From NCBI GenBank assembly GCA_013239625.1, contig MU053873.1, positions 262,524 to 326,523 on the forward strand: 64,000 bases of DNA, given 5' to 3'. Source of the stretch: Lama guanicoe (Eukaryota). The notes under the pieces are model-generated. The model was given only the letters and a program-made list of their open reading frames with translations, was not told the DNA's origin and made no database searches. Each line of letters opens with the position of its first letter. The stretch's first letter is position 1. Shown in pieces: positions 13,775-25,419 of the stretch. Both the position numbers and the translations under genes were made by a program.

Positions 13775-14000
13775 GAGCATGGTGACCAAAAGCAGACCTT
13801 GGAGCCAGAATCCTGGCCCTGTCACTTCCTGTGGTGACAGTAAGCAAATGGCTTAATTTCTCTGTGCCTTTTTTTCCTCATCTGTAAAATGGGGACTAAG
13901 GATTGTACCTGTTTCATAGGGTTGTTAAAAGAAGTAAAGACTTGAAATGTATAAAGTGCTTAGAAAATGTCTAGCACATAGTAACCACTAAGTGTTAAAT
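13775..14000 (+). mobile_element. MIR SINE
   Basis: Core tctctgtgcct...ttcctcatctgtaaaatgggg and tail gtataaagtgcttagaa. Confidence 0.85.
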
Positions 14001-17000
14001 GAAGAAGACAGTCACTTTTAATTTAGTCAAACTGTGGTCAGTTTTCTCTGGAACGCTAGCGGCCGGGCTTCTGTGGTAGTCATGTTTTGTGGTACGTGTT
14101 GCTGAAGGGAACACATCTGTATCCCCATGCCTGTGTTTGTCCTCAACTAATACAGTTAGGTTAGATGCATGACATTTGATGGGTGGCTAAAATTCTTTAA
14201 GTTATTCGCCAGGTCATGACATGACAAAGGGCAGGGATTTCCCACCCCCCACCCCCCATTTTTTTGGTTGTAGTTGAATTACAGCGAGCCTAATTCTCTC
14301 TTAAACCACAGGTTATGCTATCACAGTTTGATTCATGACGTTCACAGAGCTGGAAGGATCCTTGACCTTTGGTAAACGATGCCCCCTTGCCCGGGCTGAA
14401 ATGCCCTGGGTAAACCTGTGTGCGGTGATACGTGCTTCACTCCCTCACGTAGGCCAGGGAGGAGCAGAGGGGAAGGAGAGCCGGCTTTGTGACAGATAGT
14501 CAAATAATTGTGAAACTGTTAATGACTGATAGGAGAAGGCGAGGGATGATGTACTGACGGAGCGGAATGAGTTCACGAGGACCTTTTCCCAACATTGAGA
14601 GGGTATCCGTGCGAAGGCAGATCCATGACTCAGTGTCGTCTGCAGATTAAAGAACTGAGTGGTGGAGCTCATTTTTCTTTTCATAATTAAAAAAAAAATG
14701 TGTGTGTGAGGTGTAGCCCAAGAACTGACAAAGGAAGAAATTGAAAAAAAAGAAAAGGAAAAGTACACAAAAGGGGGCTGAGAGGGTGCCCTCTGCTCTG
14801 GGGAGGGAGGACAGGACGGCGCTGAAAATCACATAAAACCGCACTAAAGCTCCTTCCTTTCAGCCAAGGGGAAAATATTCTAGAAAAAGGAAACTCCAGA
14901 TCTCTTGTTTACCCAGCTGTCTGTACAAAGTGAATTATTCATGATTAAATGTGAATAATAAACCTATGCAAATATTTGTTGTATTCTCAATTTTGAGGAT
15001 GTTGGAGGAGCAGCAGGAAATGAAATCACTTTAAAGTGAGTTAGCTAACTATTTTCTTCACAAATATATCGCGAATATAGATTTTGATTGCTACTTATGT
15101 ATACCCTCCCTCCGAAATAAAACCCATTTGTTGTTCCTTTAGGAGGTTATGTCCTATTGGAAACGACAATCTAAAGCTTTTCTCTTAGTTATTATGACCT
15201 TTATATAATTTCCTTAGAAACTAATTGTGAAAGTTTTTTTTTCTGACTTTAGAGGGTTAAAAAGCGTACAGCAGTTCTTCTCTAATGGGAAACCTTAACT
15301 GACAAGTTTCCAAGTACCTGCTACTTACTGTAAATTCTTACCTATAAATTTCAGTTATAGGTTTTTGATAAAAGGAATATTACAATAATACTGATACCTG
15401 GCAGTTTTAAGCTGTTTGTCTTTTGGTTGCAGAATTGGTTGAACAGTTTCCATCAGAACTGTTAGACTTTTAGCTAGAACTAGGTTAGATTCTATGTAGC
15501 TTGTCCATTCTAAGAAACACTTCAGATCCAAGCAATAGCAAGACAGTGAAGGTGTTTAATCATCCTGCAACCTCAGCAACTTTTCAGAGTCACTTTACAT
15601 AGGGTGTCACCACCATAATCTCTCAAAGAGCTTATAGCATGCAAATGACTGTTCTGTGTATACAATAATCATAAATGAGTTTCATTAATAATAATAATAA
15701 TCAAATCTTTCCCCTAGGCTCCATCCTTAAGGCTGAGTTCATTCTGAGTGAAGCCCATGTTACAGTTGGCCATAGCCTAGGTTCGGATAAATCTCACTTT
15801 GGCTCAACAGTAACCTCAGTGTCTGGAGGAGGGGACAGAGGGCTCACGTGGTCTCTCCTGGTTCCTGGGGATCAGGCTTTCTCTAGAACCACTGATGAAT
15901 GGGTTGCCCCTCACCCCAAAAGGGAGCTCTCCTTTCCTCCTCCAAACCACCCCAGAGCCCAGGCAGAGGGATTCCAGGCACCAGGCCAGATCTGGAGTGG
16001 ACTGTCACCGCTCATTGCATCTATGTCCTGGTTGTTGAAAACCCTAGGTGGGTCACTGACTGCATTTTGCAACTGATGAAACAGAAGAAGAGAGGAGATA
16101 AATGACTTGTCCAGAAATAGAGGGAGAACCAAGATTAAGGTTAAAAATCCAGACTTCGACTGACAAATTGCTAGTAAATTCTCCACGTTGTATGACCCTG
16201 CACCACTCTCCTCAGTCTACCTAGAAACCGACAAACTGGTGGTTTTTCAGAAACTAGCACAATCCCTAGCACTATAGTTAATCTTCTGTTCTTATCTTTT
16301 TCTCCAGCTAGTGTCACTTCGGGAGATTTGAACAGTGTGAAAACGGGCCATACAGAGGAATAACAGACCAGAAGGTCATCTAATCCTCACCCCAGGCTTT
16401 CAGCAACACTGGACTGAAACCAATCTGGACTTCTAGCAAAAGCAGTTCCCCCGCCTCCTCTTGAACTTGAAGGCCACATAACGCACCCTAAGCCCATTTT
16501 CTTTTATTCTGTGTTGACTGGAGAGACTATTTTCTTATTAAAAAAACATATTAAAATTGCATTTTAAAGTTAATGGGCAATTTTAATAAGTGGCAAACAT
16601 AGGTCTCAAATAAGACGTGGTAATAAAGAACTTGAAACTGTTGGGAAAGTATGAGCCATATTTAATAAACCCCATCAGTGAGCAAAACTTGATTTCATTA
16701 TTAATATTTTCACTGTCCTGTTTCTCCCAGGGTCTACAGTCATCTAAGCAAACTTGCCTCTCACTTTATAGGAACTTGTCTCAGGATTTAGATCAGTGGT
16801 TTCTTTCTCATACTATTCAAGCTGGGGAGATATTTCATTACACTGGGAAGTTTCTGAACCTGTAATGTAATTAATTCCTTTAATAGGCTCCTCTTCAGGG
16901 AAGACCCATTAGTAGACATCACTGTGAATTAACATCTTAGTCTGGGAAGAAAGCTCTTTGGAGGCAACAGTGAAATAGATAAATCTTTGTTGAGAGATGT

Positions 17001-17389
17001 GACCAGGGGACTTAACCACATTTCTTGTGGTTTCAGAATGACATGCATATTCTAGGACCCATAGATAGGCAGAGATAGTTGTCTTCTCAGTAATACCCTG
17101 ACCACACCAGTTCTTTAACATAGAGAGATAGTTCTAAATGTTGTAATTTCTAAGAAGAAAGCAGCATGGCAGGTGTGCACATTGAAGGCAAGGGGTGACA
17201 CTCTGCTTGCTGACTGACTAGTGTCTGTGCAGAAAGGCCGCCAGCCATTTAAAGCACACTTGAATGCTGCTGGACAAATCTATTCTATATTAACCTACGA
17301 AGGATTTCACCCCCCTCCCTTGATCTTGTTAAATAGTAATGACATCTTTCTGTTGGAGTTTGAATATTTTCTTGATTATTTTCACATTA

Positions 17390-17600
17390 CTTTGAGTTCA
17401 AAATTCTGGCTCTGTTATTTACTAGCTGTGTGACCTTGGGCAAGTCATTTCACCTCTCTGAATCTTAGATGTCTCATCTGAAATCAAGATAACAGCAGGA
17501 CCTGCCTCCCTTGGTTGTGGAGGGGATTAAATGAATGAGCATGGGTCGGGGCTTAGTAGAACGCCTGGCCCAGAGCAAGTGCCACTGATGCTGACTTACT
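17390..17600 (+). mobile_element. MIR SINE
   Basis: ttactagctgtgtgaccttgggcaagtcatttcacctctctga...ctcatctgaaa. Confidence 0.85.
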
Positions 17601-18569
17601 GTGATTATCTCTGCTGAGTGGAGGTCCCACCACGCCACGCAGGCCTGAAACAGAAGCTGAAAAACTCTGACTAAGCAGAAGAGTGGGTGTGTGGGCCCAG
17701 GGAGGGGCACTGTTACAAAGGGACATGAAAGAACTTCTGGGGGTGTCAGAAATGCTCTCTATCTTGATTGTGGTGGCAGTTACCCTGGTGTAAGCTTTAA
17801 AAATAACCCTAGTCAAACAGTTTTTTCCCTGATTACCTCCTTTAATATGCTGGCCCAGGCCCTAATCACTGTACATCTGGGTTAATGCAGAAGTCACCTG
17901 GTTGACTTTCTGTCTGAACTTTCTTCTCTGATTGCTCCTTAGCGTGCCCACACTCACCCCCACTTCCGTGACCGCATCCATAAACATACCTGGAACAGTG
18001 TATGTTGCCATTTGTTTAAAAAGGAGGGAGAGAAACAAACAGTGCATATGCTAGCGTGTTTACTTATTTGTGCCTGAAATAGCTCTGGACAGATACATGA
18101 GAAGGGGTGGGGAGCTGGGGACAGAGTGGGAGGGCTGCTTTTCACTGGAAAGCCTTTTGTTCCTTTTGTATTTTAAATCATGTGAATGAATTACTTAATC
18201 AAAAATAAGTAAATAAAATGTAGGAAATAACAAGCACCCTGACAAGTTCATCTATTCACTCAACAAGGATTTACCGGACGTCCACCACTTGCCAGGCGTG
18301 TAGCAGGGTTCAGGTATCCACAGCCGTGACTGCGTTTCATCAGTGGTCCTTCGTGAGCTGTGCATCACAGGCCCTGTCTGCTGGTTCAGCTTTAAAGCTT
18401 GTTTACAGGAGATAGAAAGTGCACTGGGTTAAGTACAGAGGCCAAGGCTGGCATATGATTTAGGAAAAACCAAGGTTAGGGTCAATTATAGTACAAGGGA
18501 CTTCCTTCCACATACTGAAAAGACGTAAAAAGGCTGTCCGGTGGCAAGGGTACCAGGTGACACCTCATC

Positions 18570-18810
18570 ACTAACGTATATTGAGCCCTAACTTTCTTGG
18601 TGCCAGGCATCCTACTAAGTGTTTTACCTGTATTAATTGACTTAGTTCTCACAATAAGTCAGTGAGAAAGACAGTATTATGACTCCCATTTTACAGGTGG
18701 GAAAACTGAAGTACAGAGTCACACAGCTCTCGGTAGGGTGACCAGGGTTTGAAACCAGGCAACATCTAACTCCAGAACCCTCAGCTTTAACCACGTCACC
18801 CTACTGCCTT
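18570..18810 (-). mobile_element. MIR SINE
   Basis: cccattttacaggtgggaaaactgaag (reverse of the MIR core). Confidence 0.85.
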
Positions 18811-18879
18811 TTGGGAAAAGGATTTATAAAACGTTCCTTTGCTCCAAAATCTCTCTGTTGGAATTCTACTTTTAATAAA

Positions 18880-19280
18880 AGTGTCTTAGAATCTAACAGC
18901 CAGAAGAGGCCTCAATATTCATTCGATTCGATTCTTATCCAAAGAGCAACATCTTGGACAACTGGGCTTGAACACCTCTAGTGATGGGGAACTCATTACA
19001 GCCAGAAGCAGTCGCTCTAACTGTTAACAAAAACATGAAAATGCTGATTACTGTCCGTGTGCGAGGCACTCTGCTGGAGCGAGGGGGAGAAATTCTTCAG
19101 TATTTCGAGGCCAGACCTGCCTCCCTGCAACTTCTTCCTAGTGGGTCTGTGTTCTGTCTTTGGAACAACACAGATTGTGTCTGTGGTTCCTGCATTTCCT
19201 GACAGCCACACATGTGTTTGAAGACAGCTGCAAAGTTCTCCTTAGACTTTCCTCTTCCCTGTTTACTCAATCTCTTCTCA
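18880..19280 (-). mobile_element. L3/CR1 relic
   Basis: gcttgaacacctctagtgatggggaactcattac and cctgcctccctgcaacttc. Confidence 0.6.
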
Positions 19281-19599
19281 TATCACATTACCTACGTGAG
19301 ATTTCATTTTTCTTCTTAATAAGCTTCTGTTTTAAAATGCAAATGTGGGAGGGCAGCACATTGAGCTTAATCTGATGCCTCCCTTCCATCAAACTGTCTT
19401 GAGGGAAAGGAAGTTTCGATTCTGGAAAAGGAGTGCTGAGAACAGAGGCAGTTGGGCGCATGGTTCAAGTGCGAGCCCGGGCTTGGAGAGGGTGTTGAGG
19501 CAGGATCTCTGGGTAGGCACAAGGCAGCACAGGGACGCTGAGCTTTTGAGACTAAGGAAGGGGATGTGCCAAGAGTTAAAAATAGGTTAAAATAGCAAA

Positions 19600-19815
19600 A
19601 ATGATGAACTCCTGTTGAGTACCAACTTCATGCAGGCTGGGCAGTTTGCCTGAATCGCCTCACTTAACCCTTGCAACTGTGTCATGAGGTGGGTACCACT
19701 GTTGTCCACATGTTACAGATTGAGTAATTGGAGGGCTAGAGCGGTGAAAGAACTTGTCCAGGAAACAGCAGTCAGGTCTTGAAGCCAGCAGCCCAGGCTT
19801 TTTCTTAACTACCTT
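19600..19815 (-). mobile_element. MIR SINE
   Basis: atgaggtgggtaccactgttgtccacatgttacagattgagtaattggagg. Confidence 0.7.
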
Positions 19816-20525
19816 ACTAAAAGGAAGATGAAAACTTTGCAGGCTTGTCCTAGAGCCAATTAGTAATTATCCAAATAAAATCCAGATGCCCCAGGCTTCT
19901 CTGGCCTTCAGGAGTCCTCAGATACCCAAACAACGACCCCCATTCTTATACCAGATTTTTGTCTCTAAGTATTTGAATCTTTACGGAATGTTCCATGCCC
20001 CACCAGCCTGCCTGAGATGCTTCTGACTCTCTCCATCAGCCTGCCTCTCCACTCCTACCACAGGGACACCCCTGTACTGCTGAACCTCACGGCACAGTAA
20101 AGACCAGACTAAACTGTGTAGTAAGACTTGCTCCCAGGGTGCCCCACTGAGCAGATCTCATGGGCAGCTTCCAGCCGGGTTGCAGGGACTGGTTTACCCA
20201 CCGCCTCCCAGCCAATCAGCCAGGAGTGCTTGTGAGCCCACCGCCTTTGAGAGTCAGTCTCAACAGCTTTGACACTCCCAAAGGGAAACCCTCTTTGGAG
20301 AGACGTAGTCACCCAAAGGGAAGTTGTATGAGCAGATTAGCACCTCAAGTCTCTCTGTTTCTGGATAGGACCTTGGCTTTACCATTGCAGAACCAAGGAG
20401 CCTGTTAACTAAGGCCCCCAATGGTGATCTTATCCTCTATAGAAACCGAAAACTGCATAGCAAGTCTCAGTCAGGGCCTCATTATACAAACACACAGTCA
20501 CATTTAAAATATTATCTTTTTTTTA

Positions 20526-20560
20526 ATCGCTTCTCAGCCTTTTGGCTAAGATCAAGTATA
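20526..20560 (+). pseudogene. 3'-truncated U2 snRNA retrocopy (nt 1-35) with target-site duplication
   Basis: atcgcttctcagccttttggctaagatcaagtata versus the U2 5' end ATCGCTTCTCGGCCTTTTGGCTAAGATCAAGTGTA (33/35). Flanked by aaaatattatc-Tn-a at 20506-20525 and 20560-20576. Confidence 0.92.
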
Positions 20561-21859
20561 AAATATTATCTTTTTAAAAAAATATATAAATGAGTTATTT
20601 CCAAAGAGGATACACTTGGGACAAACAAAGGTATTTCCTTGCTTGTATAGAATCACACAGTGTGGAGGACCTTGCCTTAAGTCTGACAAGCACAGTGTGT
20701 TAAGTCTCATGTTATCATCTGGGTCTTCCTTCTGACTGATGGTAATTATAACTGAGAATTATTTTTACTATAAGAATCTGGAAATCTCCAAAGATTCAGT
20801 ACTGTTGGCTTTGAAACCATTAATTTTAAGACACGTTGAAAACTGGCTCTTAACGGCTAGTGTTATTTTAAAAATACAACTTTGAACTTGTGTGAATGCA
20901 ACTTTGACACTGATGAACGTTTCCAGTCTCTTCCTGGTAGAGGTGCGCTGGAGAATGAAAGAGCCCAGAAACCAGAGGGACCTGCGAGAAGGGAAGTGAG
21001 GGTGTGGTTTTGGTGCCTGGCTTCAAAGGCTGGTGGCAGTCACAAGCCTAACCTGTCTCTTTCCAGCTAGACCAATTTTCTGTAGACAGAAAAACCTCAA
21101 CCAGCCAAAGTCAGATTTCCCCTGCATGACTTTTAATTTAACGGCGTCCCACTTTCCAAGCTATCTGCATCTAATCTTTGTAAGCACACTGATAAACCAG
21201 GCACCGTCAGGCCGAGGGACATGGCTGATGCGGTTCAGCCTACGCTCCCCAGCTCAATGGCTAAGTTTTCATTCTTTTCACAGAAGTTCCAGCTCCTTGA
21301 CGAATTTGTGTTTACTCATTCCATTGTCGTTAAGGACAGAAATGAATAGACTAGAGAAAAGGTGGTTTTTTTTCCCCTCCCAATAAATCATCCAGTAAAT
21401 AGAATTGAATGCACTCCAGTCTTAATAGCTGGTTGCATTCATGAGCTCTGCTGCGTGAAATCAGCTAGTTTACATCTTCATGGTTCTTGGCCCCTCTTGA
21501 TAACAGATCTCCCTCTCTTTGTGTCCAGCCAAGGGCGCAGACCCAGCACCTTCTTTCTGCTGCCTCACACACACACTGCATCAGACACGCACGTTCCACC
21601 TACTGGCATCAATAAAGGACTGTTCCACTGAAGGAGGGGAGTGTCAATAGAGACAATAAAATCACTATAAAAATTTTCTTGACAGATTCAGATTCTAGAC
21701 TTTGACTGAAAGGATCTGCCACCCTAGGCTAAGTTTATGAAATGATAAATATAGATTGGGAGTTAAATTCTTCTTTTAAACCAAATGGTTCTTTCCAAAA
21801 TCCAGATTGACAACTAATGTGCCTGAGAGTCAAAGACTCTTGGAGTATTTGTAAAGCTT

Positions 21860-22104
21860 CTTTGTGCTCAAACACCTAGCGGGGAGGTAGGCTCGCTACT
21901 TCACAGAGTAGGCCATTGCACCAAACTGGTGAAAGCTGCAGGACGTTATCTGGGCTCAGTATAAGGAGGAACTTCAAAATTCCATGGCTTGTCCAAAAAT
22001 TGACACAAGGTAGGCCATTTCAAATTTTTTGACAACCTGTAGAGTTGGAAAGTCCCTCTTTCTACTGAGCCCAGATAACCTCCTGCAGCTTTCACCAGTC
22101 TGGT
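21860..22104 (-). mobile_element. L3/CR1 LINE 3' relic hosting the inverted duplication
   Basis: Minus strand ...gctcagtagaaagagggactttccaactc...tgtcaaaaaatttgaaatggcctac...gtgaagtagcgagc...ggtgtttgagca resembles the recalled L3 3' consensus. Confidence 0.6.
21920..22104. repeat. Long inverted repeat (82-bp arms, 21-nt spacer) within an L3/CR1 relic
   Basis: 21920-22001 pairs without gaps with 22023-22104. Manual count gives 68/82 Watson-Crick pairs, and 40/42 in the outer half. Confidence 0.95.
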
Positions 22105-22689
22105 CTTAGACCTGCGCTCTGGAGAGACACAAAGTAAACCTAATTCCTCTACTAGACAGCTAATCTCTTTATATGATTCTTTTAAAAGAATCGTGGTGAT
22201 TCAGGCTACAGTTGTATCGAGGATGTAGTAAACCCAGTATCTCTCCCCTCCTTCTCCTTTTAGTGGCAGAGTAAGCTTATGTGAGTGCTCAGCCTGCTGG
22301 GAGAAGGGAAAATGCTCCTCCCTGGCAGGCTCTGGTGCCTGGTGCCCAACTGGAGGCTGCCTGTGGGCGATCAGAAATGGATGAGCATCTGGCAAAGGAT
22401 GGTGCTGCACAGGTGGGATCCCTCAGCTTTTAGTCTGGTAAGATAACCCACAGCCTCCTGCTGCCTAAAGTGCGTGTCTGGCCCCAGAGAGTCTCCTGTT
22501 AGTCTGGATCACAGGTCCTGGGCTCTCAGTCTTTTGTGTGTATTTGAACCCGGGGAGTTTTCCCCAGCGCCCACCCCTGAGATTTTGATTAGTAGAAATG
22601 AGGTAGGCCCAGTAATCTGTATTTTAACAAGTACTCCGTGTACTGGTGTCTGTACTACACTGAGCTAAATGAAGACAAAAAGGCGACCA

Positions 22690-23580
22690 AAGGAAACCTT
22701 GTCTTGGTTTTATTAAACCAGAAAGCACACACACTTATAACAGTTAACTTATTGGTCCTATCCATTTAAATTAAATTATTAAATTTCATGTTATATAAAT
22801 AATACAAATAATGCTTTAAGTCATTTATTATTCATCTGACACTAATCATAAAGCCTATCAAAATTCTCCCAGAATAAGGGGGGACTAGTGGCATCACCTG
22901 CAGGTCACAGACTGGTAGCTGAAGTTTTGGTGGGAAGCATTCAACATGGGCCTTAAGAAGGCAGCCTGGCTCCTGCCTTGAAGCCTGTCCACGTCTCAGG
23001 CCGACTACCAGAATAGGGCGTAGGGCCAGATTTGAGGAAGTCTACAGACAGAGTACATTCTGGTCCAACACTTAGCTGATCAACCTTGTGATTGAAGTTA
23101 ACACAAAAATCACAGCTGGATAAGCACCACTACATACGTTCTGTGCAATTCTGTCGGAATTCTAACAAAGCCACAGAGGGATTCCAGCACACAGGTTACA
23201 ACAAGTTAAAACATTTCACAGTAGTCTAAATACCTGAGGAGTTTAATTATGCAAAGAAAACCCTCTTTCCTTTGAGAACAACAGCTTATTTCTTTTCAAA
23301 ACAGCTACTGTGGTTCTTTTACAGATATAAAGAGTGTCTCATTTCTAACTCAGCCTTGAGGTAATTCTGTCCCAAAGCAGCCCTGGTGACCCTGTTTCCT
23401 TGTGGCAAAGTGAACCCATGTTCACCCAGTAATTTAGCACTTAGTAAATTGAAAAAGTTGAGCAACAAATTTAGTAAAAGATTTTGCTAATAGGAACTTA
23501 CTTTCCTGCTAAGACATTTCATGCATATGTGTTGTAAAGTAAAATTATTTTAGAATAAAAGTAGCGAAGGCACCTAACTT
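22690..23580 (-). other. HORMAD2: Probable HORMAD2 3' UTR
   Basis: AT-rich sequence between the stop codon and the AATAAA signals. The 3' end is inferred, not observed. Confidence 0.65.
22709..22714 (-). terminator. Polyadenylation signal AATAAA (distal); a second copy is at 22824-22829
   Basis: TTTATT on the plus strand. On the minus strand it is followed by a U/GU-rich tract (gtttcctttggtcgcctttttgtcttc). Confidence 0.65.
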
Positions 23581-23685
23581 TCATTTTCTGTTAGGGATGA
23601 AGACTTTCACTGGTTCGCTGACCTTCCTCTTCTTCCTGGAGCTCTGAGGACTTTGCTGACTGTGCATAAAATTCATTCTTTGCAT
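23581..23685 (-). CDS. HORMAD2: HORMAD2 last coding exon (105 nt), [34 protein letters not shown]
   Basis: Minus strand reads gattctcacag|ATGCAAAGAATG...AACAGAAAATGA. It is phase 0, matching the donor at 53690. The C-terminus matches the recalled HORMAD2 tail [18 protein letters not shown]. Confidence 0.95.
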   Translation of the reverse strand: MQRMNFMHSQQSPQSSRKKRKVSEPVKVFIPNRK

Positions 23686-25419
23686 CTGTGAGAATCACCA
23701 AAGAGAGGCACAATTCAGCAGAGATTTTTGACGTCTGCATGGGGCGTATACAAGACAGGTAGACCAAGCGTTAATCCCTCCAGCACGTAACGGATCCCAA
23801 CCTGCTCTCCTGTGGGCTGGTCTGGCCCTGCACAGAGGCCCTGCTGCCAGTATCAGAGTCTGGCATTCCAAGTTTCAGGAGCTGAGGGCCCCTGGAAGCA
23901 GCCAGTTTCAGGGACAGTTTCTTGGCTCTCTTCCGTGGATTCAGCACATCTAACTCTTGAGGGAAGAGTTGTCAAGGTGCGGGGCCAACAAGGAGCAATG
24001 AAGGGTCAGGAGAGATATAGGGCACTGACTGAAGTCCCAATTTCAGTTAGCAGAAACATACAGCTTTATCTTTTTAGTCATAGGTTCAGATTAATCAATT
24101 AGGAAGGACCATGACCTTTCTTTCTGCTTGAAGAGAATTATGTTATTGATTAAAGAGAAATTGATTAGTGAATCATCATAGATATGTATTTCTCCACTGG
24201 ATAGAGATTTCTCCAATGGATAGATATATATCCATTTCCCATAATATATACTTACCAGCTCAGCTTTGGTAAAGATTTTAGAATTTATTTTTGCTTAACT
24301 GAGTGAACAACTGGATGTCAGACAATCCCTAATGCCTGAATTCCAAGAAACACACAGAAGACATTTTTATATATTCCAGCCACTAGATGGGAGGAAAGGT
24401 TTTTCCATGTTCTCTGTTTTTTCTTTGGTAGGAAAATGGAATAAGATACATATTTTCAAGAAAGACTTGTCAGAATATCTTCTTTTGTTATAGATACAGT
24501 TTGTTAATTACTGATATGTCTTAATGACAAAATAGTGGAAATGTCAATAAAGCATTTAAGTACCATTTAGAACCAAAGATTGGGTCTACAAATGGCTAAT
24601 TTAATCACTACATTTTCATTTTAGAGAGCAGTTGAATCTCAGATCAATTGATTGATCTCAGATCATCAGATTGATCTCAGAAACCACAAATTCCCTTTGA
24701 CTTAAACCAAGACATTGACTTCATAGAACAGTAAAACTGAGAAAAAAGTAGAGCTGTTCATCAAATAACTGGTTTGCTTAGATATGCAAAAGTTTGAAAT
24801 GGTCTGCTCTAAAGGAAAAGAAACAGCAGCATAAAAACCCAAAGCACAAAATCCAACTTCTTTATCTAGAAGATGAATTTGTTACAGTGTGGCTGTAAGG
24901 AAAAATACTTGGTAAAATTCAGCTTTTCTAAAAATGTTGCTTGGACATGCTTTCCATTCAAATGAGATTATCTTCACACCTATCAAGTCTGGGTACACTG
25001 GGAAGGAAAGAAGATGGATGTATAAGTTGGCCTGATGGTTTAATAGTTTTGTTCTCTTTTTCTTCTTTGCTCAAAAGTAAACCAGAATTTTATTACAAGT
25101 TTCAGAGCTGCAATTTTATTGCAGTGAGTTAATCAAAACATCTTTGATAATGTATACAATCTCAAGGCTACCAGTGAGGTCCCTGGGAAGTCTCAATGGT
25201 GTATAGAAAACTAGTGGATTTAAAAGCAAGTATGTGATCAGTGAGGGAATACTTCCTAACATAGATAAATAATCCATGTCAACTATATAAGCCAACAAAT
25301 TTGTCGATACAAGACAACATTTGAGAAACATTTTTCAGGTGTATTCCAACTGGCTGAATTTGCAACTTGGATGCCAAAGCGAGCCAGGGAAGCATCCCTC
25401 GGAGATGTTCAAGTTCAAA

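Noticed and set aside
20526..20560. Functional U2 snRNA gene
   Set aside because: Only the first 35 nt are present, with no Sm site or 3' stem-loops, and it is flanked by a TSD.
1..22600. LIF coding exons or a lncRNA in the intergenic part
   Set aside because: I found no LIF-like peptide. A lncRNA cannot be called from sequence alone.
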